Source of the DNA: Actinomycetota bacterium
Lineage (GTDB): Bacteria > Actinomycetota > UBA4738 > HRBIN12
Reading direction: 5' to 3'
Assembly (NCBI GenBank): GCA_036281075.1
Contig: DASUPO010000105.1
Span: 23,385 to 87,384 of the forward strand
DNA: 64,000 bases
Below are positions 1 to 9,174 of the stretch, in pieces (the stretch's first letter is position 1; each line of letters starts with the position of its first letter). Below the pieces are notes generated by a model, which worked only from the letters and a program-made list of their open reading frames with translations, was not told the origin of the DNA and did no database searches. Both the position numbers and the translations under genes were made by a program.

Positions 1-612
1 CGCCTGCTCGTACGCCTCGACGTCGGCGGGCGGGATCCCCCGGTCGGCGCCGCCGTAGAGGCCGAGCACCGGGGCGCGGACGGCACCGGATCGCGCCTCG
101 TCGAGCGGGGATCGTTCACCGTTCTCACCCCGGGTCGGCGGGCCGTAGAACGCGATCACGCCGTCGCTGCCGTCCTGCGACGCCTGCATCAACGACGCGC
201 GACCGCCGAAGCAGAACCCCATCGAGACGACCGACGACGCTCCCATCCCGCGGAGCACGTCGCCCGCGGCACGAACATCCTCCCGGATCCCCGCGTCCCG
301 GACCGCGGTGCGGTGTTCCTGATACTCGAAGCCGTCCTCCCGGTGGTGCGCGCCGGCGGTCCGGCCGTACGGATCCAGCGCGATCGCGTGGATCCCGGCG
401 TCGGCGACGTGCTCGGAGAGCCGTTCGTAGTACCGGTGCAGGCCGCGGACGTCGGGGATGATCACGATCCCCGGCGCCGGATCCTGGTGGGACCGTGCGA
501 TCGTCACGGCGAAGCGGTTGCCGTCGGCGGCCTCGAGGGTCGAGCGCTCGGTCCCTGCGAGCATCCCGGTCCGCGCGGGGTCGGGCGGCAGTGCGTCGGT
601 GTCGAAACACAT
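1..612 (-). CDS. Dienelactone hydrolase family protein (C-terminus runs off the left window edge)
   Basis: My own translation of the minus frame; it is absent from the ORF track because there is no stop inside the window. Sequence: MCFDTDALPP..GIVIIPDVRGLHRYYERL..SMGFCFGGRASL..VIAFYGPP..VLGLYGGADRGIP. The G-F-C-F-G-G nucleophile elbow is typical of DLH alpha/beta hydrolases. The ATG at 610-612 lies 2 nt after the apgM stop. Confidence 0.7.
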   Translation of the reverse strand, partial: MCFDTDALPPDPARTGMLAGTERSTLEAADGNRFAVTIARSHQDPAPGIVIIPDVRGLHRYYERLSEHVADAGIHAIALDPYGRTAGAHHREDGFEYQEHRTAVRDAGIREDVRAAGDVLRGMGASSVVSMGFCFGGRASLMQASQDGSDGVIAFYGPPTRGENGERSPLDEARSGAVRAPVLGLYGGADRGIPPADVEAYEQA

Positions 613-614
613 CG

Positions 615-1799
615 TCAGGCTCCGTATTTCGTCAGGTGGCCGGCGTTCGCCATCAGGATCGGCAGCAGGGATATCGAGGGGCGGATCCCGAGCCCTCCGG
701 ATCGGCACCATCGCTCGCCGAAGCGGTCCGTGTCGTCTCGCCCGGACCGAGCGCCGCGCACGAGGACCGGAACGGGATGCCACGAGTGCGCCGCCATCTG
801 GGACGGCGTGGCGTGGTCGCCGGTCACGGCGATCACGCCGGGCTCGGCGGCCGCGAGCAGGTCCGGGACGATGTCGTCCACGCGCTCGATCGCCGCCACC
901 TTCGCCGCGTGGTCCCCGTCCTCGCCCGCCGCGTCCGCCTCCTTCACGTGGACGAAGAAGAGGTCGGCGTCCTCCCGGTGCTTCTCGAGCAGCCGCACCT
1001 GGTCCGTCGCGTCCGACGGCGGGCCGAGGACCTCGAAGCCCAGCAGCCGCGCGATCCCGCGGTACATCGGGTACACGGCGACGGCCGCCGCCCGGAGCCC
1101 GGTGCGCTCCCGGAACGACGGGAGCTCCCGGTGGGTGTCGAAGCCGCGGAGCAGGAGGCCGTTCGCCGCCGGCTCGCCCTCCAGGGCCGCGTGGACCTCC
1201 CGCAGCTTCGCCGCCACGAGCTCGGCCGTCGGCCCGGCGGCGGGGTCCAGGGGCTCCGGCCGCAGGGGCGGCACGCCGGTCACCTGCGGATCGGTGTCGC
1301 CGACGCGTGGATCCAGCCCCTCACCTCGCAACACCACCAGGAGCCGATGGCCCTTCTCGTGATGGAACTCGATCCCGTGGACCGAGGAGGCGAGGAGGCC
1401 CACCACCCGGCGCGCGTCCTCGTCGTCGATCCGGCCCGCGCGCCGGTCGACGACGTCGCCGGCCGCGTCCACCGTGCAGAGGTTCGCCCGTGCGGCCACG
1501 TCGCCGGGCCCGAGCTCCACGCCGAGACCGGCGGCGCTGAGCGCGCCACGCCCGAGGACGAACCGGAGGGGGTCGTAGCCGAACAGCGCCAGGTGCCCCG
1601 GCCCCGACCCCGGCGTGATCCCCGGCCCGACGGGCTCGAGGAGGCCGGTCACGCCCTCGCGCGCGAGCCGGTCGAGGTTCGGTGTCGCCGCTTCCTCGAG
1701 CTCGGTGCCGTGCTCGGCGTCGGCCATCCCGCCCAGGCCGTCGATCACGACGAGGAGGATCCGAGCGCCGGTGCCGCTGGCGAGCGCCGCGAGCTCCAC
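615..1799 (-). CDS. apgM: Cofactor-independent phosphoglycerate mutase, archaeal type (ApgM)
   Basis: 394-aa ORF. Motifs LLVVIDGLGG, TPNLDRLA, TPGSGPGHLALFGYDP, GDHATP and HSWHPVP match the metalloenzyme-superfamily ApgM pattern. Confidence 0.85.
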   Translation of the reverse strand: MELAALASGTGARILLVVIDGLGGMADAEHGTELEEAATPNLDRLAREGVTGLLEPVGPGITPGSGPGHLALFGYDPLRFVLGRGALSAAGLGVELGPGDVAARANLCTVDAAGDVVDRRAGRIDDEDARRVVGLLASSVHGIEFHHEKGHRLLVVLRGEGLDPRVGDTDPQVTGVPPLRPEPLDPAAGPTAELVAAKLREVHAALEGEPAANGLLLRGFDTHRELPSFRERTGLRAAAVAVYPMYRGIARLLGFEVLGPPSDATDQVRLLEKHREDADLFFVHVKEADAAGEDGDHAAKVAAIERVDDIVPDLLAAAEPGVIAVTGDHATPSQMAAHSWHPVPVLVRGARSGRDDTDRFGERWCRSGGLGIRPSISLLPILMANAGHLTKYGA

Positions 1800-1809
1800 G
1801 ACAGCGATG

Positions 1810-3084
1810 CTACCGCCGCGCGGCGTCCGCCCCGCCCGCCGGCGGTTCGACGGTGGAGGCCTCCGGCGCGACCGGCCTCGGACCGCGTTCGAACCGTCCG
1901 AAGATCGCCACGAGGCCGAGCAGGATCGCCCCGGGGACCACGAACCACAGGGGGCGTTCCAGCCACCACCTCGCCGTCGAGCCCTGCTGCTGTCCCCAGC
2001 CGAGCGGCCACAGGAGCAGGAGGGCGAGGAGGAAGGCGGTCATGTGCCAGAGGAACAGCGTCATGATCCGAGCGTTCACCACGATCGTGAACCGCCACGG
2101 CCGCTCGCGCCGCAGCCACCGATCCAGCGTGGGCTTCAGCAGGAGCACGACGCCGAGGGTCCAGATCCCGCCCAGCAGGAAGCACACGGTGGGGGGGTAC
2201 GCGTTCGAGACGGCCTCCACGTCGGTCCCCAGCAGGCTCTTGGGATAGTGCCCGATATCTGGGAACCAGTCGAACCGAACGTCGCCGAAGAGCCGGAACA
2301 CCCATGGGGTCGTGAGCACGACGAGCCCCGCCAGCCCGCCGATCACCATCGCCCAGTACCGGCGGCGCGGCCACCCCGCGAGGGTGCCGTCCGCGTACGC
2401 GTGGCCCAACTGGTGGGGCAGGAGCAGGACGAACGCGACGTTCAGCCACCGCCAGCCCCACGACCCCGTCGTGAACGCGATCAGGTCCACGACGACGGCT
2501 CCGACGCCCATCGCGAGCGGGACCCACAGGCCGAAGCGCCGGTGGAGCCGGATCGTGAGCGGCGCGATCACGACCACGACCAGGTACACGGCCAGGAACC
2601 ACAGCGGACCGAACGGGATCGTCGCGCCGGGCGGCTTCATCCCGCGCAGGAGCGTCGTGTCGCCCCAGAGCCTGGGACCGGTGGGAGCCCCCACGTCGGC
2701 GAGATGGAGCACGATCTGCACGACCGCCCAGATACCCAGGAACACGAGCGACGGACGCAGGAGCCGTTCGAGCCGCCCGCGGATGAACGACCGCGTCGAC
2801 CGGCCCTTCCGTCGGTTCGAGTCGTAGGCGACGAGGTTCGAGAACCCGCCGACGAAGAAGAAGATCGGCATCACCTGGAACGCCCACGTGAACAGCCACA
2901 GGCCGGACGTGACGCCGATCGCGCTCGTCGAGCGGATCACGCCGCCCTCCCAGTGGTTGATCGAGATGAACCAGTGGCCGAACACGACGGCGAGGATCGA
3001 CGCCGCTCGGAGGAAGTCCATCGCCCGGTCGCGCGTGTCGGGCGTGGCCCGGACGAGGCGATCGAGGTCGGGCGTCGCGGTCAT
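1810..3084 (-). CDS. Acyltransferase_3 family integral membrane protein
   Basis: C-terminal 424 aa of the 806-aa track ORF. Start placed at ATG 3082-3084 (MTATPDLD..). The FLRAASILAVVFGHW motif is followed by about 10 hydrophobic helices. The upstream part of the track ORF is R/G/P-rich junk. Confidence 0.8.
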   Translation of the reverse strand: MTATPDLDRLVRATPDTRDRAMDFLRAASILAVVFGHWFISINHWEGGVIRSTSAIGVTSGLWLFTWAFQVMPIFFFVGGFSNLVAYDSNRRKGRSTRSFIRGRLERLLRPSLVFLGIWAVVQIVLHLADVGAPTGPRLWGDTTLLRGMKPPGATIPFGPLWFLAVYLVVVVIAPLTIRLHRRFGLWVPLAMGVGAVVVDLIAFTTGSWGWRWLNVAFVLLLPHQLGHAYADGTLAGWPRRRYWAMVIGGLAGLVVLTTPWVFRLFGDVRFDWFPDIGHYPKSLLGTDVEAVSNAYPPTVCFLLGGIWTLGVVLLLKPTLDRWLRRERPWRFTIVVNARIMTLFLWHMTAFLLALLLLWPLGWGQQQGSTARWWLERPLWFVVPGAILLGLVAIFGRFERGPRPVAPEASTVEPPAGGADAARR

Positions 3085-3125
3085 CCTCGGAGCATGGCCG
3101 CTGCCGGTTCCCGAGGGAAGCCTGC

Positions 3126-4358
3126 TTACGCGGGTACCGCCGCGCGGTTCGACACGATCCGGACGATGCGATCCTCGATCGCCACCGCCCGGGACTTGGA
3201 CATCCCGCGCGACAGGATCGAGAACTGGCCCCAGCGGCCCTCCCGCTCCAGCCAGACCCATCCCGAGAGCGCGGAGATCCCGATCAGCGTGCCGGTCTTC
3301 GCGCGGATCCTGACGTCGAGCAGCCGGTCCTCGAGCGTTCCCTGACCACCGTCCGCGAGGCCGGCGCGCAGCTCGCCGCCCCAGCGCCTCGTGCCGGCGA
3401 ACCAGAGGAGCCGGACGAGGGTCGCCGCGCTCACGCGGTTCGCGTACGAGAGCCCGGACGCGTCGTTCGCGGCGATCGTCAGGCCCCGCGCCGCCGCGAA
3501 CCGCTCGATCGCGCGGGCGCCCTTCGCGATCGTGCCCCGCCCCCCGAACACCAGCCGCCCGAGCCACTTGCCCAGCACCTCGGCGTGGAAGTTGCGGGAG
3601 TCCCGGTTCATCCGGCGGAGGATCACCTCGAAGGGCTCGGACCGGACGGTGGCGACGAGCCGGAGCCCGGGCGGCGGCGCCCCGGCGCCGGGGTCCCCGG
3701 AGACCCGCACGCCGAGCGCCCGCAGCCTGTTCGTGAGGGACCGGGCCGCTCGCCGCTCGGGATCGCGGATGTGCGTTCCTCCCGCCACGTTGCCTTCGAA
3801 CGTCAGGGCCGTCGGAAGCGGGATGTACTCCTCCGGGAAGTAGTCGCGCCAGCCCGGCGCCCACCAGTCGCGGCGGAAGCCGGCCGTCGACCCGAACACC
3901 CGCCCGCGGACCCGCCGGATCCCCGCGTCCCGGACCGCCCGGGCGAGCGCGGCGATCCTCGGCTTGCGCACGGTCGGGTCGCCGTGCCCGACGATCCAGA
4001 GGTTCCCGCGCAGGATCCCGTCGCTCACGCCGCCCTTCGCGAGCACCCGGGTCCGGATGCGGGTGGCGATCGACGCTCGCTGCAACAGGGCCATCGAGAA
4101 GACGAGCTTCTGGTTCGAGGCGGGAGCCCGGCGGACCCACGCGGCCCGTCGGAGGAGCCAATCCCCGCCCACCCCGATCGCGACGGACACGTCGTGCCCC
4201 GCGATCGTCGCGTCGATGTCCTGGACCCACGACGGCGGGGCCGCGGAGACGGACCTCGGCGTGGCCCCGACGCCGATCGCCACGACGCCGAGGACGAGCA
4301 GGCCTCGGACGAGGACGGCGACGAGCGAGGAGCGCGGCGGCGGATGGGGGCGGAGCAC
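3126..4358 (-). CDS. D-alanyl-D-alanine carboxypeptidase/endopeptidase (PBP4, S13-like)
   Basis: SxxK (ASNQK), SxN (DSRNFHAE) and KTG (AKTGTL) motifs. N-terminal signal/TM segment SLVAVLVRGLLVLGVVAIGVGA. The start is uncertain (GTG 4356-4358 chosen). The rest of the 599-aa track ORF overlaps the next gene out of frame. Confidence 0.8.
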   Translation of the reverse strand: MLRPHPPPRSSLVAVLVRGLLVLGVVAIGVGATPRSVSAAPPSWVQDIDATIAGHDVSVAIGVGGDWLLRRAAWVRRAPASNQKLVFSMALLQRASIATRIRTRVLAKGGVSDGILRGNLWIVGHGDPTVRKPRIAALARAVRDAGIRRVRGRVFGSTAGFRRDWWAPGWRDYFPEEYIPLPTALTFEGNVAGGTHIRDPERRAARSLTNRLRALGVRVSGDPGAGAPPPGLRLVATVRSEPFEVILRRMNRDSRNFHAEVLGKWLGRLVFGGRGTIAKGARAIERFAAARGLTIAANDASGLSYANRVSAATLVRLLWFAGTRRWGGELRAGLADGGQGTLEDRLLDVRIRAKTGTLIGISALSGWVWLEREGRWGQFSILSRGMSKSRAVAIEDRIVRIVSNRAAVPA

Positions 4359-4372
4359 GCGCGGAGGATACG

Positions 4373-5463
4373 TCAGGCGGCGCGCGTGACCAGGGAGGCC
4401 AGCTCGGATCGTTCCGCGGCCGCGGTGCACGGCCGGCCGTCGGTGATCCAGAGCGCCCCGTCGGTCAGATCCATCGCCACGGTCGCGATCGTCTCGTAGG
4501 CCTCCTCGGGCGGGATGCCGGGCGCGGCGTGCTGGCAGAGGGGGCGTCGTCGTCGGCGAAGGTCGCGAGGAGGTCGTCGACCGAGCGGGCGGGCGAGGCG
4601 GCGGCCCACGCCTCCGCGGCCGCCTGCCGGGCCACGCTCGAGCTCGCCGGATCGAGCCGCTCCAGGTCCTTCCCGCGGTCCGCCGTCCCGCCGGGCGCCG
4701 TGAGGAAGTGGTTCGCGTGCGCCAGCCGGTCGCCGTCGGTCCGCGTGACCGAGCGGCCGCCGCCGGGGGCGGCCTCGAGATCGGCGGCGCGACCGTCCCG
4801 TGACGCGACGCGGTAGTTCGCGGACGAGGCGCGCACGGGCGACGTGACGGCGTCCACGGCCTCGTCGAACGAGGGGGACGACAGGATCCGGCGGAGGATC
4901 GCGTGGAACGGGACCCCGGCCTCACCGCGGTCGAGCGACGACGTGAGCGCGTTCGCCGCGACGCCCAGGCCGGCCCCGTTCAGCCCGCACTTGGCGAGCA
5001 GCCCGGCCTCGACGAACGTCGCGAACGGCGGGCCGTCGTGCGGCATCGCGACCAGCAGGATGCAGGTGGCGCGAGCCTCCGGCTTCCAGTCCCAGTTCTG
5101 CGCGAGCAGCACGTGGGCGTCCGGGGCCGCGTCCGCCCGCGTGCACAGGGCCGTGCACTCCCGGGCCGTCATCCCGAACATCACCTCGGTGCGCACGTTC
5201 AGCGCCAGCACGTCCTCGGCCTCGACGGCCGCGCCCTCGGCGATCCCTTCGAGCTCCGGCAAGAGCCGGACGTCGTAGTCGTCGATCGGGCCGGCGAAGG
5301 CGCCGACCCGATCGACCACCGCCCGCCAGCGCAGGCCCGTGGCGTGGCGGAAGACGCGCTCGTAGAGCTCGAGCGATCCGTGGATCCGATCGCGCGCCCG
5401 CTCGCCGTAGGCACGGCCCCGCTCGCGCGGCCCTCCCGCGACGGCGACGACCGGCCAGCTCAC
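4373..5463 (-). pseudogene. C45-family (acyl-CoA:6-APA acyltransferase-like) Ntn hydrolase with an apparent 1-nt frameshift near the 3' end
   Basis: ORF 4465..5463 carries the family body (ARECTALC Cys nucleophile, AQNWDW) but ends in P/R/S-rich junk. The expected C-terminus (LCQHAAPGIPPEEAYETIATVAMDLTDGALWITDGRPC) is in ORF 4373..4609, one frame over. The frames meet at a G5 run at 4540-4544 (C5 on the coding strand). This could be a real lesion or a homopolymer base-call error. Confidence 0.6.
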
Positions 5464-5469
5464 GCGGGG

Positions 5470-5482
5470 AGGCTAGTAGACT
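5470..5482. promoter_or_regulatory. Back-to-back candidate -10 boxes for divergent leaderless genes
   Basis: AGGCTAGTAGACT. TAGACT (5477-5482, + strand) lies 11 nt before GTG 5494. TAGCCT on the minus strand (5475-5470) lies 6 nt before the GTG start at 5463. The whole intergenic region is 30 nt and neither gene has an SD. Confidence 0.4.
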
Positions 5483-5493
5483 CCGCCGCCGCC

Positions 5494-6858
5494 GTGCAGA
5501 CGATCGATCGGGCGCGCCTCACCGAGCTGATGGAGCGCGAGCGCGCGGTCTTCCGCGACCGGCATCCGGCGAGCCGGGGGCTCTACGAGGCGGGACGCGG
5601 GTCGCTGCTGTGGGGCGTGCCGATGAACTGGATGGTCCGCTGGCCCGGCGATCACCCGGTCTACGTCGCCGAGGCGGTGGGCGCGCGGTTCACCGATGTC
5701 GACGGCAACGAGTTCGTCGACTTCTGCCTCGGCGACACGGGCGGCATGGCGGGGCACTCGCCCAAGGAGGCTGTGGACGCGATCGCCCGTCAGGCCGCCC
5801 GCGGCATCACGCTGATGCTGCCGACGGAGGACGCCGCCTGGGTGAGCCGGGAGCTCGCTCGACGCTTCGGCGTGCCGTACTGGTCGTTCACGCTCACCGC
5901 CACGGACGCGAACCGCTTCGCGATCCGATGGGCGCGCCACGTCACCGGGCGGCGGAAGATCGTCATCCACAACCACTGCTACCACGGGACGGTCGACGAG
6001 ACGTTCGCGGAGCTGGACGGGTCGGGAGGGGTCATCGATCGGCCGGGGAACACCGGGCCCCCCGTGCCGGTCCGCGAGACGACGAAGGTCGTCGAGATCA
6101 ACGATCTCGACGGCCTTGAGCGCGCGCTCGCCGACGAGGACGTGGCGCTGTGCCTGTTCGAGCCGGCGCTCACGAACATCGGGATCGTCCTCCCCGAGCC
6201 CGGCTACTGGGACGGGGTGCGGGAGCGTTGCGACCGCAGCGGGACGCTCCTGCTCATCGACGAGACGCACACGATCAGCGCGGGGCCGGGTGGCGCGACG
6301 AAGGCTTGGGGGCTCGCGCCGGACATCGTGACGATCGGCAAGACGCTCGGTGCGGGGATCCCCTCGGCCGCGTACGGCCTGAGCGAGGACGTGCAGCGAC
6401 GGATCGTCGAGCAGGTCGATCCCGACGTGATCGACGTGGGCGGGACCGGCGGCACGCTCGCGGGCAACGCCCTGTCCCTCGCCGCGATGCGCGCGACCCT
6501 CGGCGAGGTGATGACCGACGAGGCGTTCGAGGGAATGATCCGACTGGGCGAGCGGTTCGAGGACGGCGTCCGCGACGTGATCGCCGCGCGGGAGCTCCCG
6601 TGGCACGTCGTGCGTCTCGGGTGCCGCGTCGAGTACCTCTTCCGGCCGGATGCCGCACGTACCGGGCACGAGGCGTTCCTCGGACAGGACGCCGAGCTGG
6701 ATCCCTTCATCCACCTCTTCCTGCTGAACCGGGGGGTCCTGATGACGCCGTTCCACAACATGGCCCTGATGTCGCCGGCGACGACCGAGGCGGACGTGGA
6801 CCGTCACACGGAGGTCTTCGGCGAGGCCGTCGACGCGCTCCTCGGAGCCTCGCCCTGA
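5494..6858 (+). CDS. Class-III PLP aminotransferase (glutamate-1-semialdehyde aminomutase-like)
   Basis: C-terminal 454 aa of track ORF 4903..6858. Motifs GDTGGMAGHSP, LLLIDETHT and TIGKTLGAGIP (Schiff-base Lys). Start GTG 5494 chosen because the upstream in-frame part is antisense to the C45 gene. Confidence 0.8.
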   Translation: MQTIDRARLTELMERERAVFRDRHPASRGLYEAGRGSLLWGVPMNWMVRWPGDHPVYVAEAVGARFTDVDGNEFVDFCLGDTGGMAGHSPKEAVDAIARQAARGITLMLPTEDAAWVSRELARRFGVPYWSFTLTATDANRFAIRWARHVTGRRKIVIHNHCYHGTVDETFAELDGSGGVIDRPGNTGPPVPVRETTKVVEINDLDGLERALADEDVALCLFEPALTNIGIVLPEPGYWDGVRERCDRSGTLLLIDETHTISAGPGGATKAWGLAPDIVTIGKTLGAGIPSAAYGLSEDVQRRIVEQVDPDVIDVGGTGGTLAGNALSLAAMRATLGEVMTDEAFEGMIRLGERFEDGVRDVIAARELPWHVVRLGCRVEYLFRPDAARTGHEAFLGQDAELDPFIHLFLLNRGVLMTPFHNMALMSPATTEADVDRHTEVFGEAVDALLGASP

Positions 6859-6867
6859 TCGACCGGA

Positions 6868-6900
6868 TCTCGTTCGTCACGATCGATGCGAACGACGAGA
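6868..6900 (+). terminator. Imperfect hairpin just after the aminotransferase stop
   Basis: TCTCGT(T)CGT..ACGACGAGA arms, about 9 bp with a bulge. No U-tract follows. Confidence 0.25.
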
Positions 6901-6943
6901 CCGGGAGGGCAACGGGTTCGACATCTGCGTGACCGCCGGATAG

Positions 6944-7790
6944 CGTGCGCCCGATGCGAGGACCTTCCCCCTCGGCCCCATCCGCCGCGCGCCGGTCGTC
7001 GGCCTCGCGATCGTCGCGGTGCTGGCGACGTCGGCTGTTCCCACCGTCGCCGTCGACGGGCCGTTCCAGATGCTCGGCGGGCCCGAGGATCAGCTGCTGC
7101 CGTTCGTGAACGACTCGTACGTGATCTGGACCTAGAGCTCCGTCGCGGCCCCGAACCGGTTCCACGCCTACCGGAGGATCCGGGCGACGACCGACGTGTT
7201 CCGCCTCGGCCCCACGGGGACGCGCGGCTACGCGGGAGGCATCGACCCCGACCGGGACCAGACGATCTACCAGCAGATCCGTTCGGGGGGCCGATCTGTT
7301 CCCGTTCGACCTCGAGACGCGTCGCCGGCGACGGCTCTCGACGTGGTCAACTCGGTTCGCTGGGAGCGGGACCCCCGGATCTCGGATCGATTCATCCTCT
7401 TCGCGCGCGACACCGCGGCGAGGGCCACGGTGTGGCTCTGGGAGCGAGGACCAGCACGGTCGAACAGCTGGCCGGCTACGACTTCACGCGCTTCCACGTC
7501 ACGCCCGGCGCGGTGGGGGAGCGGTACGCGACGTGGAGCGTCTGCGGTCCGCTCACGTGCACCGCGTGGATCCACGACACGGAGCTCGGGACGACGAGGA
7601 GGATCCCGGCGCCCGACGGACGGGCGCGGTACGCGCCGGTCGGCGTGTTCGCGTTCGCGGCGGGGATCGACGTCGGTTCACGTTGTCCCTCGCGCGGCCT
7701 CCCGGACAGGTCGACCTGTGGTTCTCGAGGTTCCGATGCGTGCCGCAGCAGGGGGACCTCGTGCGGCTCCGCGACGTCGGGATCGCCTGA
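6944..7790 (+). pseudogene. Decayed gene for a secreted/TM-anchored protein (beta-propeller-like hypothetical) with an in-frame TAG and several frame changes
   Basis: Protein-like segments lie in three frames. Frame 2 gives VVGLAIVAVLATSAVPTVAVDGPFQMLGG..NDSYVIWT, then TAG at 7133-7135, then SSVAAPNRFHAY..FRLGPTGTRGYAGGIDPDRDQTIYQQIRSGG. Frame 0 gives ADLFPFDLETRRRRRL, entered at a G6 run at 7285-7290. Frame 2 resumes with DVVNSVRWERDPRISDRFILFARD..VWLWERG. Frame 1 gives STVEQLAGYDFTRFHVTPGAVGERYATWSVCGPLTCTAWIHDTELGTTRRIPAPDGRARYAPV. A tail in frame 0 ends at TGA 7788-7790. Confidence 0.55.
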
Positions 7791-7791
7791 C

Positions 7792-8643
7792 TCATCCCCG
7801 ATCGAGCGGTCTCGTGAGGCAGGTCGGGCCGCCGCCGCCGTTCCGAGAGATCTCCTCACCCTCGTAGGTGCGCACGTCGACGCCGGCCGCCTCCATCCGC
7901 CGCCGGGTCTCGGGGTTGCCGGCGAGCGCGAGAGCGATCCGCGGGGCCAGCGCCAGGACGTTCGGCCCCATCGAGTCGAACTCGTCGGGTGGCACCTCGA
8001 CGATCCGGATGCTCCGCTCGCGGAAGAGCTCGACCAGGCGGACCGGCAGGTGCGGGAGCGACGCGACCGCGAGGTCGTCGTCGAGGAGCGAGAAGAACGA
8101 GAGCAGGTGGGTGCACGCGGACGGCCCGGTCAGGTGGGGCAGGTCGAACGCGATCACCTCGACACCGAACTCGACGAGGACCTTTCGGAGCGCCGTCACC
8201 CCGGCGCTGTTCGTCCGGTAGCCGACGCCGGCGAGCAGGGTCCGCTCGTGGAGCCAGCAGAGGTCGCCCCCTTCGGCGAACCCGGGTCCGTCGAGGGCCG
8301 CGATCGTCGGGATCCCGGCGACGGCGAGGTCGGCGGCGGCGACCTCCGGCTCACCGCGCCGACCGGGCTTCGCCGGTCGCAGCAGGATCGATCCAGCGTC
8401 GGTCATCAACACGGGGTCGTACGTGTAGATCGCGTCGGGGTGGGGGTCGGCCGGCGACGTGCCGACGACGACGTCGGCGCCCGCATCGGCGAGATGCGAG
8501 AGGAACGCCTCGTGCTCCGCGGCCGCCCGAGCCGGGTCGGGCTCGGCGCGCCAGCCGTACTCGCGCCAGCGCCGACCGGCCTCCGGCTCGGGCGGCCGCA
8601 CGTAGACCCGTCGCAGGGCCGACGTCTGGTCCTGGATCGGCAC
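7792..8643 (-). CDS. Amidinotransferase-superfamily enzyme (dimethylarginine dimethylaminohydrolase / arginine deiminase-like)
   Basis: Track ORF 7792..8781. The C-terminal GGGGPTCLTRPL holds the catalytic Cys, and FAEGGDL and GYRTN motifs are present. Start uncertain: GTG 8641-8643 chosen; ATG 8725-8727 is the alternative but overlaps the divergent gene's ATG. Confidence 0.7.
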   Translation of the reverse strand: MPIQDQTSALRRVYVRPPEPEAGRRWREYGWRAEPDPARAAAEHEAFLSHLADAGADVVVGTSPADPHPDAIYTYDPVLMTDAGSILLRPAKPGRRGEPEVAAADLAVAGIPTIAALDGPGFAEGGDLCWLHERTLLAGVGYRTNSAGVTALRKVLVEFGVEVIAFDLPHLTGPSACTHLLSFFSLLDDDLAVASLPHLPVRLVELFRERSIRIVEVPPDEFDSMGPNVLALAPRIALALAGNPETRRRMEAAGVDVRTYEGEEISRNGGGGPTCLTRPLDRG

Positions 8644-8710
8644 GGGCGGGATGCTAGCGGCCCCTCCCACGATCGGCGGCAACGCTTCTCCCCCCGTCCG
8701 GGACCGGGGG

Positions 8711-8716
8711 TAGACT
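8711..8716 (+). promoter_or_regulatory. Candidate -10 box (TAGACT) 9 nt before ATG 8726
   Basis: TAGACT-N9-ATG with no SD. The same arrangement occurs at purA, purF and the aminotransferase. Confidence 0.35.
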
Positions 8717-8725
8717 TGCGCGACC

Positions 8726-9130
8726 ATGCGACAGTCACGGGGGACCGCCCGCAGACGCCGCAGCGCCGAGTTGGGCGTCATCGACTACACGCTCGCGAAG
8801 CGCGCGCTGATCCGAGACGCGCGCCGAGGCACGCTGTCGGTCGCCGACCTCTGCGACGCCCACCCGGAGCTGATGCGCGCCGCCAAGCACGTTGGCGAGG
8901 CCACCACCTCCGACTGCCCCGTGTGCGGCCGCGACAAGCTCGTGCTGCTCGCGTACGTGTTCGGATCCTCGCTCCGTCGCAACAGTGGCCGCGTCTGGCC
9001 GATCCAGACCGGGCTCCGGTTGACCGCCTCCCATCCCGGGTCCGTGTGCTACGTCGTCGAGGTCTGCCGGTCCTGCGCCTGGAACCACCTCCGCGAGGCG
9101 TTCACGGCCCGCCGCCGAGCGGCCGGCTGA
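8726..9130 (+). CDS. DUF5318-like small zinc-ribbon protein (Rv0049-like, conserved upstream of ponA)
   Basis: 134 aa. IDYTLAKRALI, CPVCG..C..CRSCAWNHL. Its position directly upstream of the class-A PBP is as in mycobacteria (from memory). Confidence 0.7.
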   Translation: MRQSRGTARRRRSAELGVIDYTLAKRALIRDARRGTLSVADLCDAHPELMRAAKHVGEATTSDCPVCGRDKLVLLAYVFGSSLRRNSGRVWPIQTGLRLTASHPGSVCYVVEVCRSCAWNHLREAFTARRRAAG

Positions 9131-9174
9131 GCAGCGTTTCCGTTCCGAAGCACCCGGGTAGGATTCCGCGCGTC

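Noticed and set aside
7133-7135. The in-frame TAG as programmed recoding (for example pyrrolysine or read-through).
   Set aside because: The same gene also needs several frameshifts and lacks an in-frame start. No pyl-type genes are seen. Pseudogenisation is the simpler explanation.
8725-8728. The divergent genes appear to share overlapping start codons (CATG), leaving no promoter space.
   Set aside because: This is most simply explained by the minus-strand amidinotransferase gene starting at an internal GTG (8643). That leaves an 82-nt divergent promoter region containing a TAGACT box. I do not consider it a real anomaly.
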